Shown one piece after another: positions 15,751 to 30,000 of a DNA stretch of 64,000 nucleotides (position 1 is its first letter; every line of letters starts with the position of its first letter). The notes under the pieces were generated by a model. It saw nothing but the letters and a program-made list of their open reading frames with translations, did not search any database and was not told where the DNA came from. Both the position numbers and the translations under genes were made by a program. This DNA comes from Ministeria vibrans ATCC 50519 (lineage: Eukaryota; Protista; Filasterea). Where the stretch lies: positions 1 through 64,000 of the forward strand of contig CALSCP010001214.1 of NCBI GenBank assembly GCA_943704425.1. The letters are read 5' to 3'.

Positions 15751-16753
15751 TCACAGGGCAGACAGAAGGGATGGGATGCGATCACGAGGTAACCAGAGAG
15801 CACAAGGGGTGAGACCGGGCTCGTACGAGGACTCAGAGTGTACAAAGAGCACGCCGTCCGTGTCTGCGGGGAGTGTGGTCGCCAGAGAGGCAGTTGGGTG
15901 TACCACGAGAGGCACAATGGCATACGGGTTATCGCTGCGACGTGTCTGAATGGTTGGTGCGTCTTCGGATAGTTTGCTCTGTAGCCACCATTGTCGGAAG
16001 GTGGTCTCAGTATCTGAAATGATGAGAGAGAAACAGGGAGAGAGGACGGAGAAAGACACAAATGATAGAGAAGAGAAGGAAGAAAAAAACAAAGATTTGA
16101 TGGAGAGAGTAAGAAGGGAGAAAGCGACAAAACGATATATAAACAAGTGATTGTGTGTGTGTGTGTGTGTGTGTGGTCAGTCTCATCTTTTGAGCAAGTG
16201 CCACGCACTTACTATCTGTGGGATAGCCATTCCATGTGATGATGTCGACTGCATAGAGGGTCTTTGAGGACTCGTCCAAGATGCAGTCGAGCACAGTGTG
16301 TTCGTGCGGAGTGCGCTTTCCCCTCGCTCCGCCTCCTGGGAGCTCCGACGGACACGCCAGACACTGGTAACCGGTGCGCGTGTACCCAACGGTGCGGCCT
16401 GCACCAGCGACAACGAGCACCTGTCGGCCTGGCGGACAAGGGACGGCGACAAAGTCAGACAAGTCGGACGGAATCGCGTCCATCAACTCGCCGCGCATTA
16501 GCCGTCCTGCGTACGCGCGCGCCTCGCAAGCAGCCCCACCAGCCGCACTGCCATCGACTGTGCCCGTGTCCATGGCGCCGGCGCGAGATGCCTCGTCGCT
16601 TGTTGCACCGTCCGTCTCCGAGGACACTTCGCCACGCCAGCGACTCAGCTGTTGTGCTCGCCGTTCCTTTTGCTTCTGTAAGAGTGCAAGACGCCGTTGC
16701 TCCTGTGTCATTGTTGACGATCGCTGTTTGTACTCATGTCGCCTGTCTTGCAT
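15751..16753 (-). CDS. SNUPN: Snurportin-1 (m3G-cap snRNP import adaptor), 2 exons
   Basis: IBB-like YKQRSS...QEQRRLALLQKQKERR; LMRGELM..IPSDL...PCPPGRQVLVVA...PSELPGG...TVLDCI; FRQWWLQSKL; DGVLFVH...YEPGLTP. Confidence 0.9.
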
Positions 16754-16833
16754 GAGATCAAACGAATAAGTTATAAGACTGACAGCTGACTACGACGAGT
16801 AATTTTATATTTTAATATACAAAATTTACTGAC
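16754..16833. promoter_or_regulatory. Very short divergent (bidirectional) intergenic region between SNUPN and HGH1
   Basis: Only 80 bp separate the two ATGs; AT-rich. Confidence 0.7.
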
Positions 16834-17946
16834 ATGGTTGACGCAACGCTCGCTGCCGACATTGCCAAACTCATTAGAGACGTGCGCCCACACGTGCGCA
16901 CTCCAGCTCTTGTAAGTGAAGAATAACTCTTTGTGTGTGTCATAATAATTTTAACATACTGATAATATTATTAGGATATTGTGCTGGGACTGTCGGTGAC
17001 GCCCGAACAACTCATTGAGCATGCGGCAGTGATTGCAGCACCGTTATTAGAGTGTATCATGGACGCGGAACGAAGCGCGGACGCCGCTGAGTCGGCGTGC
17101 AAGTCGCTTGTGAATTTGACGGGCGACGATCGATTCCAACGCGCCACAGGCGAGTCGCTGGTCGAATCGATGGTTGACGCGGCGCGAGCGGTTGTTTGTG
17201 ACGCGGCTACGGCAGAGACGCTGGCGGACGCGGGCGCAATGCTGCTGTGCAACACAACGCGACGCGAGAAATTCGCGAGTCGTCTGGTGCCTCACATTGC
17301 CACGCTCGTCGACCGGTTCTGCCTGGGCGCGCAGAATGGCGTGCACCACGTTGCACTGGTGCTGTGCAACGTTTCGCAGACAGTCGAGGGGCGCAACGAG
17401 CTTGCGAATCGCGATCGCGTGGTGCTCGAGCGGCTCTTGCCCTTTCTGTCGCATGCCAACGCGACGCGTCGCACTGGCATTGTGCAGCTCGTGCGCAACG
17501 TGTGCTTTGACGCGGAGCGACACGACTGGCTACTCTCCGACAAGATCAACCTGCTGCCGCACTTGCTGCTGCCGCTGGCAGGCCCCGAAGAGCTCAGCGA
17601 CTCGGACATGGAAGGGTTGCCCGACGAGCTGCAGTATTTGCCGGAGGAAAAGACGCGCGAGCCGGATATCGAGCTGCGTCGCGCATTGCTACAGGCATTG
17701 ACACAGCTGTGCACGACTCTGGAGGGCCGCCAGCGACTGCGGGACGCGCAGGTGTACGTGATCGTGCGCGAATACCACAAATGGGAACCAGAAGCAGAGC
17801 GCATGGACGAAGACGTCATGGCACTCGTGCAGCTGCTGATGGGCGACGAGTCGGGCATTACCAACCTCAAGACGTGTGAATTGCCTGAGCATGCGCAGAA
17901 GAAGATTGCGGAGGATTTGGAGAAGAATGCGAGCGAGCAAGAGTGA
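16834..17946 (+). CDS. HGH1: HGH1 (FAM203) eEF2 chaperone, 2 exons
   Basis: RRTGIVQLVRNVCFD...LLPHLLLPLAGPEELSDSDMEGLPDELQYLPEEKTREPD...GRQRLRDAQVYVIVREYHKWE. Confidence 0.92.
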
Positions 17947-18036
17947 GCAAAGGGGAGTGCGAGAATATAGTGTATCATCAGTGCAGTGGGGGATGGTCCC
18001 GGTCGTTTATTGGTGTTGTTCGCTCAGTTATCACAG

Positions 18037-18895
18037 TTACTCGTAGCTTCGGGGATCCTCCTTCACGTCAAGATGGGCGTCCGAGACCGAGTAGAGCTGA
18101 GAAGGGAGAGAAAAGAAGAGAAAAGAAAAAATTCAGAAAATGGCTTGGACAGCGGGCGGCTTTGTCGACGGAAAGGGTTGAAGGGGGGGCTATGTTGGAC
18201 GAGAGGAGCGACAAGGAGAGGGTGGCACAGGCACGAAATGTGGTTAATTGGGATCTCGTGACGTTCCGGCGCAACTGGGACGCAATGCGGGCGTCGCGCT
18301 CGCGCAAAGGGGAGGGAGGATAGACAATGAGGGTATTGGCGAGAAAGCAGAGCGACGAGAGTCGCTTGGAGCGCTGTGAGAGAGCAAAGCTGCGTTTTTT
18401 TTTTTTTTTCGTCATCTTTCTCTCTCTCTCTGTCTCTCTTTCGCAATGAGTGAGCTGTCGGCGCATACCTTGATGTTCTCGTTGTACTTGATATGCAGCC
18501 ACGGGTAGGGGTCGGAGCGCGACCAGCTAAGCAGAGGATGGACTGTCGTTCAGGAGCAGAAGGCACAGCCACACACTCAGACACGACCAGACAGACAGAC
18601 AGACTCACACAAGTGCGAAGAAGAGACGACAAAAAAAAAAAAAAACACACACANNNNNNNNNNTACTCATTTCTCAATCGCTGGTCGGCTAGATGGCCCA
18701 CACACACTTACACTGTGTGGGGGTGGAAGGTGAGGCGCATGACGTAGGCGCCGGCAAGGACGACGCCGAAGCCGACGCAGGCAAAGAGCGGCACCAGCGG
18801 CTGATCAATCAGAGGATGAGACGCACTGGCACACTTGCGCCGAGACACCGTACCTTGTGCTGCTTCATGAGGTTGGCGTAGAACTGGAGAACCAT
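18037..18895 (-). CDS. NDUFA4: NDUFA4/COXFA4-like small mitochondrial membrane protein, 4 exons
   Basis: Spliced MVLQFYANLMKQHKPLVPLFACVGFGVVLAGAYVMRLTFHPHTVWSRSDPYPWLHIKYNENIKLYSVSDAHLDVKEDPRSYE*, matching the NDUFA4 pattern (KH.LIPLF...YLLRL...P.V.W...PW...K.YS). Confidence 0.8.
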
Positions 18896-19024
18896 GTTGG
18901 GCGTAGGCCTTTGGAGTGTTCGTTTCCTCGTTCAAATAAAAGTGATTCATAAATCATGAATTAATATCATAATAATTATTCATAATTCTTTAACTGATCT
19001 GTGATCACTCTTTCTCTTTCTAAA

Positions 19025-19647
19025 ATGGATATGGAAAACCCATCACCTACCGTCCAGAACCTCTTGGACCAAGAATCTTTGCGATGGATCTTTGTAGGCG
19101 GCAAGGGCGGCGTCGGAAAAACGACGTGCAGGTGAGGAGAGGCGGTGAAGGAAGAGTCGAGGGCTGAAACATCTTTTCACAGCTGTAGTCTCGCTATACA
19201 GCTGGCCCGCGTGCGCCAGTCGGTCTTGCTCATTAGTACGGACCCGGCACACAATCTGAGCGATGCGTTTGGACAGAAATTCACTTCCAAACCGACAAAA
19301 GGTGCGAAAACATAAAAACAGAAATGTGACTGCCCGTTTGGGTGACGGTTGACACGTTGCCACTCGCTGTACAGTCAACGGAATCGACAACCTCTTCGCC
19401 ATGGAGGTAGACCCCAAGCCAGCTGTGGCGCCCGAGACAACAGCGGACGTGACAGGCGGTAAGAATGTCAGTCGGTTGCGTTTCCTCTCCTTAATGATCC
19501 TTCTTTCTACTGCGTTCGCTCTCTTTGACACACAAATGTATTCTGTCGTTTCGAATCAAAGAACGTCAGTCGGTTGCGTTTCCTCTTCTTAATGAGTTTT
19601 CCTTATACTGCGTTCACACACACGCACACACACACATACACACACAT

Positions 19648-19678
<31 letters not shown>

Positions 19679-21186
19679 CACACACACACACATACATACA
19701 TACAAACCCTCTTTGACACACGTATGTACTGTCGTTTTGAAACACACAGAAGCTGGATCAATGTTCCAGGAATTTGCTGGTGCCCTCCCAGGAATGGACG
19801 AAGCTTTCAGTTTTGCCGAAGTGATGAAGTAACAATTTTACTAAGAAGAATATAATTATTATAATATTAATTTAATATGGGTTGTTTTAGATTGGCCGAA
19901 AGTTTGGACTACAGTTCAATTGTGTTTGACACTGCACCTACCGGACACACGCTGCGCTTCCTGGCCTTCCCGGGCATCATCGACAAGGCGCTTGGTACTC
20001 TTTTGCAGGCCAAAGCGCGTTTTATGCCCTATGTCAATATGGTATCGAAAACAAAGTCACACACAATTCAAAAAGACTGAATTCCAGTCAAATTGTACAA
20101 TAATATTGATTTTTTTTACAAACACATGTTTATGTGTAGGCATTGAGTACATTTGGAATGAGTGATTCAGTTGACACTGAAGGAATTCTCACAAAGGTAA
20201 AATTAAAATTAATAATAATAATTATTATTATTATTAAGATATTAATTTTTATTATGATTATTACAAGAAAATAAAATAATTAATAATGCTAATAATAATA
20301 ATAATAATAATATATAATAATTATTATAGAGAATAGAAAGCTGTAATGTCATAACAATTATAATGATTATACTAATTGTTTTTGTTTTCGATGTAGTTGA
20401 CTGATGCAAAAGCTGTCATTGAACGGGTGAACGAACAATTTAGAAACCCAGTAACAATATCGCAAAGAACGAAAAAATGAAAGACGAAGACGAACAAGCA
20501 CACAATCCAAAAGTTTCTGATCCTTAAACAATGGTAATACTGTACTTAGGACAAAACGACATTTGTGTGTGTGTGCATTGCGGAGTTTCTGTCATTGTAT
20601 GAGACTGAGCGACTGATTCAGGAACTGACTGTGCATGAGATTGATTCACATAACATCATTGTGAATCAGCTGTTGCTGAAACACTCCGGTACCGATTGTG
20701 TGTGATGTGTGTGTGCGTGTGGAGTGGGACTGAGTGAAGGAGTGAGTGAATTTATATATTTGTTGAGTGAGTGAGCGAGTGAATGACTTCATTGAGTGAG
20801 TCATGACTGATTGAGAGGATCATAATCATAATTATTCTTATTATTATCCTTGTTTGTTGATTGTGAGATGAGTTTGACTAATAATCACTGGTGTGTGTTG
20901 TCTGTGTGTTCTGCTTCTTAACTAGACGCTCGTGACTGTGATATGTGTGCGGCTCGTATGAAAATCCAATCAAAGTATCTCGAACAAATAGCCGATCTTT
21001 ACGAGGTAATACGTTTCCTTTATTCCCTTCCTTAATACTCAATGACAACTCCATTGTTCAATGCCACCCCCCTAGGAGGACTTCCACGTTGTAAAGCTTC
21101 CTTTGCTTCCCCGTGAGGTTCGTGGAGTCGACAGTGTCTCCAGTTTTAGCGAAATGCTCTTGAAACCTTACAACCCGAATGAATGA
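19025..21186 (+). CDS. GET3 (ASNA1): GET3/TRC40 tail-anchored protein targeting ATPase, ~11 exons
   Basis: [99 protein letters not shown]. Confidence 0.97.
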
Positions 21187-21247
21187 ATGAGATCGAATTA
21201 CTACAAATCAATACAACACTTCTTTTTACTAATAATTATTATTGTAT

Positions 21248-23807
<2,560 letters not shown>

Positions 23808-24093
23808 GGCGATGAAAACAGTGACGACTGACGAATGCGAATGATGGACAGATGAATATTGTACTTCCTATTATGAACATGGATTGGAACTGAATCGTAA
23901 TTTTGCTGTTGATTGGAATATGACTCAATATGTAAACATTTAGCCTTGTAAATAAAAATGCAATCTTAATGATCTCTTTGTCTCGAGCTACGTCGTCATT
24001 AATAATAATATTAATTTTATTCATCTTTTTTTTCTCTCTCTCACTCTTTCATTCTCTCGTTCTCTCTCACTCTCTCAAATCCAAAGCTATCTC

Positions 24094-27000
24094 TTAACTG
24101 CACAAGGTGACACCCGCGCTGAGAGACGACGAGCACGATGAAGGGCAGATGTGAGTAACAATGGAGCACAGGAGATCGGTCTGCGCATCGTTGACGCTCG
24201 CGGCCACAAAAGCATGGCGGAGTGTGGCGCGAAGAGCGTAATCGTCAAAGTCACCGAGGCGGCGAGCGCGCTGGCCAATCATGTAGTCCGACGAGATGTT
24301 GTCGTTGGACAAGGCAGCGACATTCAGTGCGGAGCCAATGACCACGCCGTCAATGTAGACGTAAATGTTGCTCTCCGTGGTGGAACCACCGACTCGCTGG
24401 AAGGCGACAGCCAAGTTTCCGCTGGTGGTGCGCAGGCCGGCGATGCCTGAAATGGTGTGAACCGTCCTCGTGCCTTGGACGTTAATGTACTCGATGAGGA
24501 GTTTGTCGTTGTCCAACACGAAAATACCAAACCAACGCGTCTCGGCAACCAGATTGGTCTGCGTCATGTGTGACAGAATCCAGCCCGTAGTGCTCGTGAT
24601 CAAAATGTCAACGGCAAAGACAAAGTCCACGAGCGAAGCCGACGAGGAAACATCAGCACGGGGAATATCAATGCGACCGCCGGTAAGCGTCACCGTGTCA
24701 AGCACAGCGGAGTTGCTGGCGAGGCGTGAACCGCCCGTGTTAGTATAGTCGGTGTTGCTGTCAAGGATTGGGTAGGACAGAAGGCCGTTGGAAGGGATGC
24801 CCTCGTCACAACGCACTCCCGTGGAGATAGTCAGCGAGCAGTCGCATGTAATAGTCGAGCCCGACACGGAGGCCACACCCCAGTTGCAGTATTCGGCAGC
24901 GGTAATCTCACACAGGGTTCCGGTGACGCCCGATGGACACGCACAAGTAAAGGCGAGATCGTCGACACTGCCCGAAGAGCAGGTACCACCATTCTGGCAA
25001 GGGAAGTTGGCAGCGGTACAGCCGTCAAGTGACTCGCCATACAAGGACATGCCAGCCTCGAGTTGACCGGGGAGTAGGAAGGTTCCACGAAGGTAATTCT
25101 TGTTCTGCTGGCCTGGATCGCGCGGGCGGCCGCCCAGCATGAACACACCGTCAAACTGATTGCCAAATTCCATGGCGCCGCCGACGGCGGCTTGCTGGCC
25201 CACCTGTACGCCATCAAGGAAGAGGGTGATGACTTCGGAAGGTGACACGGACACAGCGATGGAATGCCATCCAAGTGCCATGTCGACTCCCGTCTCCAAC
25301 GACAGTGTCTTTTGGGAAGTGGTGGTGTACGAGAAAAACAGTGTGGTGGAGCGCACAAACAGGCCGAAGTAGCGCTTCAGAGTCGCGTCCACGAGAGGAT
25401 TGTTGGTCTTGATTGCGAGCCAGGCACCCAGATTGCGCTCAAAGTAAGGTGCGTCGAAATGGAACCAGCCAAAGAGATGGAAGCCGACCGAGGTGGGTTG
25501 CACCGCGAGAGGCGTGGGAACCAGGCGGAAGGCCTGTTCCAATCGCTGTTCGTTCACGAGCGTGAGCGACTGGCGAGTCGAACTGGGACGACCCGAGCCA
25601 GTGATAAGCGCATGGTTGGGGTTGACACCCTGAGCCTGCACCACCGAGTCGACGACCATGTCCAAGTCCTTGGTGACAATGTCAAAGGTTTCGCACTCAT
25701 TGCCACTGAAACCCAAGGCACAGACGCACGTGTACGCGTTGCTGATCTCGATACATGAGGCTCCGTTAGAGCATGGGCTGCTCTCGCACGATTGAATCTC
25801 ATCTGCGCACACGACACCAGTGAAGCCGGACGCACAGCTGCACGTCCAGGTCAGGTCATCGACGGTCGAGCCGATGCAAGTACCGCCATTGTGGCAAGGA
25901 CTGTTGGCAACGTCGCAGCCGGTAAGGCCTTGCTCCGTCTTGCACGTACCCACCGACTCGAGGGTGCCGACGAACAGGTAGTTGTTCGGGAAGCGACCGC
26001 CCAGCGTGAACACGTCGGTGTTGTCGCCGTACGTGAGGCCAGCATTCACTGAGTTGAACGTTTGTGCCACAGCACCGTTAACGACCACTGTAAGGGTGGT
26101 GCCCTCCACCGAGGCGGAGACATGGTACCAAGTGGCGCGCGTTGTCGCCGAGAGAGGAATGGTAAACAGCTGTCCCTCGAGTTGCACCACAAGGTTGCCC
26201 AGGTTTACGAACATTCCGTAATGGCGACCCGAGCTAGCTCCGCTCGACGAGCTCTTAAGCATGATCCAGCCGCCCGAGGGACTCACCGACACCGGTTTCA
26301 CCCACGCGTACATGTGGAGACCGTTGTTGGTGAAGGGCTCGTTCAAGGTGCTCGTCACGGGAACCGTGTTCTTCGCGCCGCTGAACACCATTTCGTTAGC
26401 CGTGGCACCGCCAGGGCGTGTGGTGCTCTGGACTACGCCTGGACCGCTCGAGAGCGACAGAAGGTCAGAGACACAGTCGACAAACTCGCAGTGTTCGCCC
26501 GAGACTCCGGCGGGGCAGTCGCACGAGTACGACGTCACCTCAGGAACATCCTCGAAACGCACATCGGGACCCAGGTAGTGACGCTCGTTGGAGCGCGTGC
26601 CTGGTGGCGAAACTGAACCCCACGCGACAAAACTGGTACCGGCTCCATAGAAAAAATCGGTGACGGACAGACCTGGTTGGGAGTCCACGTTGCTGTTCGC
26701 AATTGTGGTCACTGTTTGCGCAGTCTGGAAAATAGCCTGCGTGCTGTACACTGTTCCGGCTGTCAATGTCACGGGCGTCGCCAGGTTCTTGTACAAAAAG
26801 TTGGTAGACGATCCAGTGCCAGATGTGGCAGTGGGGTCATTCGGTGTAATCGTCACCGTGGCCAACACAGTGGAATCATCCAGAATCGCGAGCTGAACAG
26901 TACCGCTAACGTCAGTGAGGGTGTCAAGATGGACGGTAAGACCAGTGACAATACGGTCACTGTCCACGCTAAAGTGGTAGCCCACAACACCGGACAATTG

Positions 27001-30000
27001 CAAGTTAAAATTGTGCACAGGCATGTCGAATCCGTTGGCCGATGGTGTGCCATCGACCGAGCATGAGCCTCCATGCTGGCATGGGTTTGAGCCGCACGAG
27101 TCGTCGAGAACCTGACACTGCGTGCCCGTGAAACCAGTGGCACATGTACATGTGTACGAATCGAATGTTTGGCCCTCAACACAAGTACCGCCGTTCTGGC
27201 AGGGGTTCGACGCGCACTCGTCAATGTCGGTCTCGCAATGCGTGCCGGTCGAGCCGACCACGCAAACACACGTGTAGAGGTCGAAATCGTTGCTCTCGAT
27301 GCACGTCGCTCCATTCACGCAAGGGTTCGACTCGCACTCGTTGATAACCGTCTCGCACCAGGTGCCGGTCGTGCCCTGGAGGCAGTCGCATGTGTACCAG
27401 TCGAACGCCGAACCTTCTTCGCAGGTTCCGCCGTTGGAGCAGGGGTTTGACGCGCACTCGTCAACGTCGGTCTCGCACCAGGTACCAGTCGTACCAGTGG
27501 CGCATGTGCAGGTGTACGAGNNNNNNNNNNNNNNNNNNNNNNNNNNNNNNNNNNNNNNNNNNNNNNNNNNNNNNNNNNNNNNNNNNNNNNNNNNNNNNNN
27601 NNNNNNNNNNNNNNNNNNNNNNNNNNNNNNNNNNNNNNNNNNNNNNNNNNNNNNNNNNNNNNNNNNNNNNNNNNNNNNNNNNNNNNNNNNNNNNNNNNNG
27701 TCAATGTCGGTCTCGCACCAGGTGCCGGTGGAGCCGGTGGCGCATGTGCAGGTGTACCAGTCGAGAGCCTGGCCCTCAACGCAAGTGCCGCCGTTCTGGC
27801 AAGGGTTGGACTCGCACTCATCAATGTCGGTCTCGCACCAAGTGCCGGTGGAGCCGGTGGCGCATGTGCAGGTGTACCAGTCGAGAGCCTGGCCCTCAAC
27901 GCAAGTACCGCCGTTCTGGCAGGGGTTCGACGCGCACTCGTCAATGTCGGTCTCGCACCAAGTGCCGGTGGAGCCGGTGGCGCATGTGCAGGTGTACCAG
28001 TCGAGAGCCTGGCCCTCAACGCAAGTTCCGCCGTTCTGGCAGGGGTTCGACGCGCACTCGTCAATGTCGGTCTCGCAATGCGTGCCGGTCGAGCCGACCA
28101 CGCAAACACACGTGTAGAGGTCGAAATCGTTGCTCTCGATGCACGTCGCTCCATTCAGGCAAGGGTTCGACTCACACTCGTTGATAACCGTCTCGCACCA
28201 GGTGCCGGTCGTGCCCTGGAGGCAGTCGCATGTGTACCAGTCGAACGCCGAACCTTCTTCGCAGGTTCCGCCGTTGGAGCAGGGGTTTGACGCGCACTCG
28301 TCAACGTCGGTCTCGCACCAGGTACCAGTCGTACCAGTGGCGCATGTGCAGGTGTACGAGTCGAGAGCCTGGCCCTCAACGCAAGTAGCGCCGTTCTGGC
28401 AAGGACTTGATGCACACTCGTCAATGTCGGTCTCGCACCAAGTGCCGGTGGAGCCAGTGGCGCATGAGCACGTGTAGGAATCAAATGTTTGACCCTCAAC
28501 GCAAGTACCGCCGTTCTGACAAGGGTTCGACGCACACTCATCAATGTCGGTCTCGCACGAGGAACCAGTCGTGCCCACCACACACGTACACGTGTACAAG
28601 TTTGGGGTGTTTCCGTTGGAGCACGTTCCACCGTTCTGGCAAGGGTTTGAGTCACACTCGTTGATGTCATTCTGGCACGAAATGCCAGTGAATCCGGCAG
28701 GGCAGGTGCATGTGTACGAGACCACGCCGTTGTTGCAGGTGCCACCATTGGCGCAAGGAGCCGAAAGACAATCGTCGATGTTGGTTTCGCATTGGGCACC
28801 AATGAAATCTTGAGGACATTGGCAGCTGAAAACGTCGATTTCCGAACCACCGTTGACAGGTTCAATGGTAATATCATCGAGAGAGTAGAAAAAACTACTC
28901 GACTGTGAGGCGGACTGGGCAAAGCGCCAACGAAGAGCAAACGCGAAGGGTGCCACGGGAACACTGATAGTCAAAGAGACCTGAGTCCATGAGTTCAAAG
29001 TACTGGTCCATGCGTGCTGACCGTGGAGAGGGTTAGTAGCGTCGTTGACCTGCGAGTCGAAAAGAACTTGCGGGTCATTCGTCACAATGGACTGGTCAGC
29101 AATCGGGCTGAAGTTTTCGCCGTCGAACGAGATTTCAAGGGTCGTGGCCGCGTCGTTGGCGAGACTGTACCGGTGCTGGAACTTGATAACGTAGCCTTGG
29201 GTGTTGGTGCTTGTGATGAGAGGTCCCTCAAGAACCTCGTCGATGTTGGCTTGGCTGTTAATGTCCGCGTACTGGTTGGGGACATCACGGCGTCTGTCGT
29301 TGCCTTCCTGCTCGACCACAAAGTTGTTGGAAGTCTTCGGGGGCGAGTGGACAATAGACTTGGCGACCCAAGGTCCACTAAAGTTAGGCACTGTGTCGGA
29401 ATCAAAGTCCATGGGATACGCGTCAGAGGCCCACTGGAAGGGAACCGAGCAGGTGCCACCGTTGAGGCAAGGCATCGAACCACACTCGTCAATGTCCATT
29501 GTGCAGGTGGGACCGGACCACCCAGCGACGCAGGTACACTCAAAGTAGTCAGGCTGGTTGCCCTCGCTGCATGTGCCACCATTTTCACAGGGGTTTGAGT
29601 CACACTCGTTGTCATCGGTGGCGCATTCGGCGCCCGAGAAACCACTGGGGCAGGCACACTCGTAGGCGTTGAGGTTGGGCGTGGTGCAAGTACCGCCGTT
29701 GGTGCAAGGACTCGAAGCACACTCGTTAATGTCAACCTCGCACTTGGAGCCGGTGTAACCGGCCACACAGATGCACGTGAACATGTCGGAACCATCGGTA
29801 CAAGAACCGCTGTTCTGGCACGGGTTTGAGTCGCACTCGTTCAAGTCAGACTCACATTGAGGACCAGTGAAGCCTGACGGGCACTGGCAGTTGAAGAAAT
29901 CCGGTTGGTTACCCTCGTCACAGCTACCGCCATTCTCGCACGGGGTTGAAACACACTCGTCGATATCGGTTTCGCACTGGGCACCAGTGAAACCGGCGGC

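Noticed and set aside
23808-24090. ASDURF-like upstream ORF known from animal ASNSD1 transcripts
   Set aside because: Only ~285 AT-rich bp lie upstream; the 90-aa ORF there shows no prefoldin-like coiled coil
27170-28560. CRISPR-like regularly spaced repeats
   Set aside because: They are in-frame coding EGF units without unique spacers, in a eukaryotic gene with no cas genes
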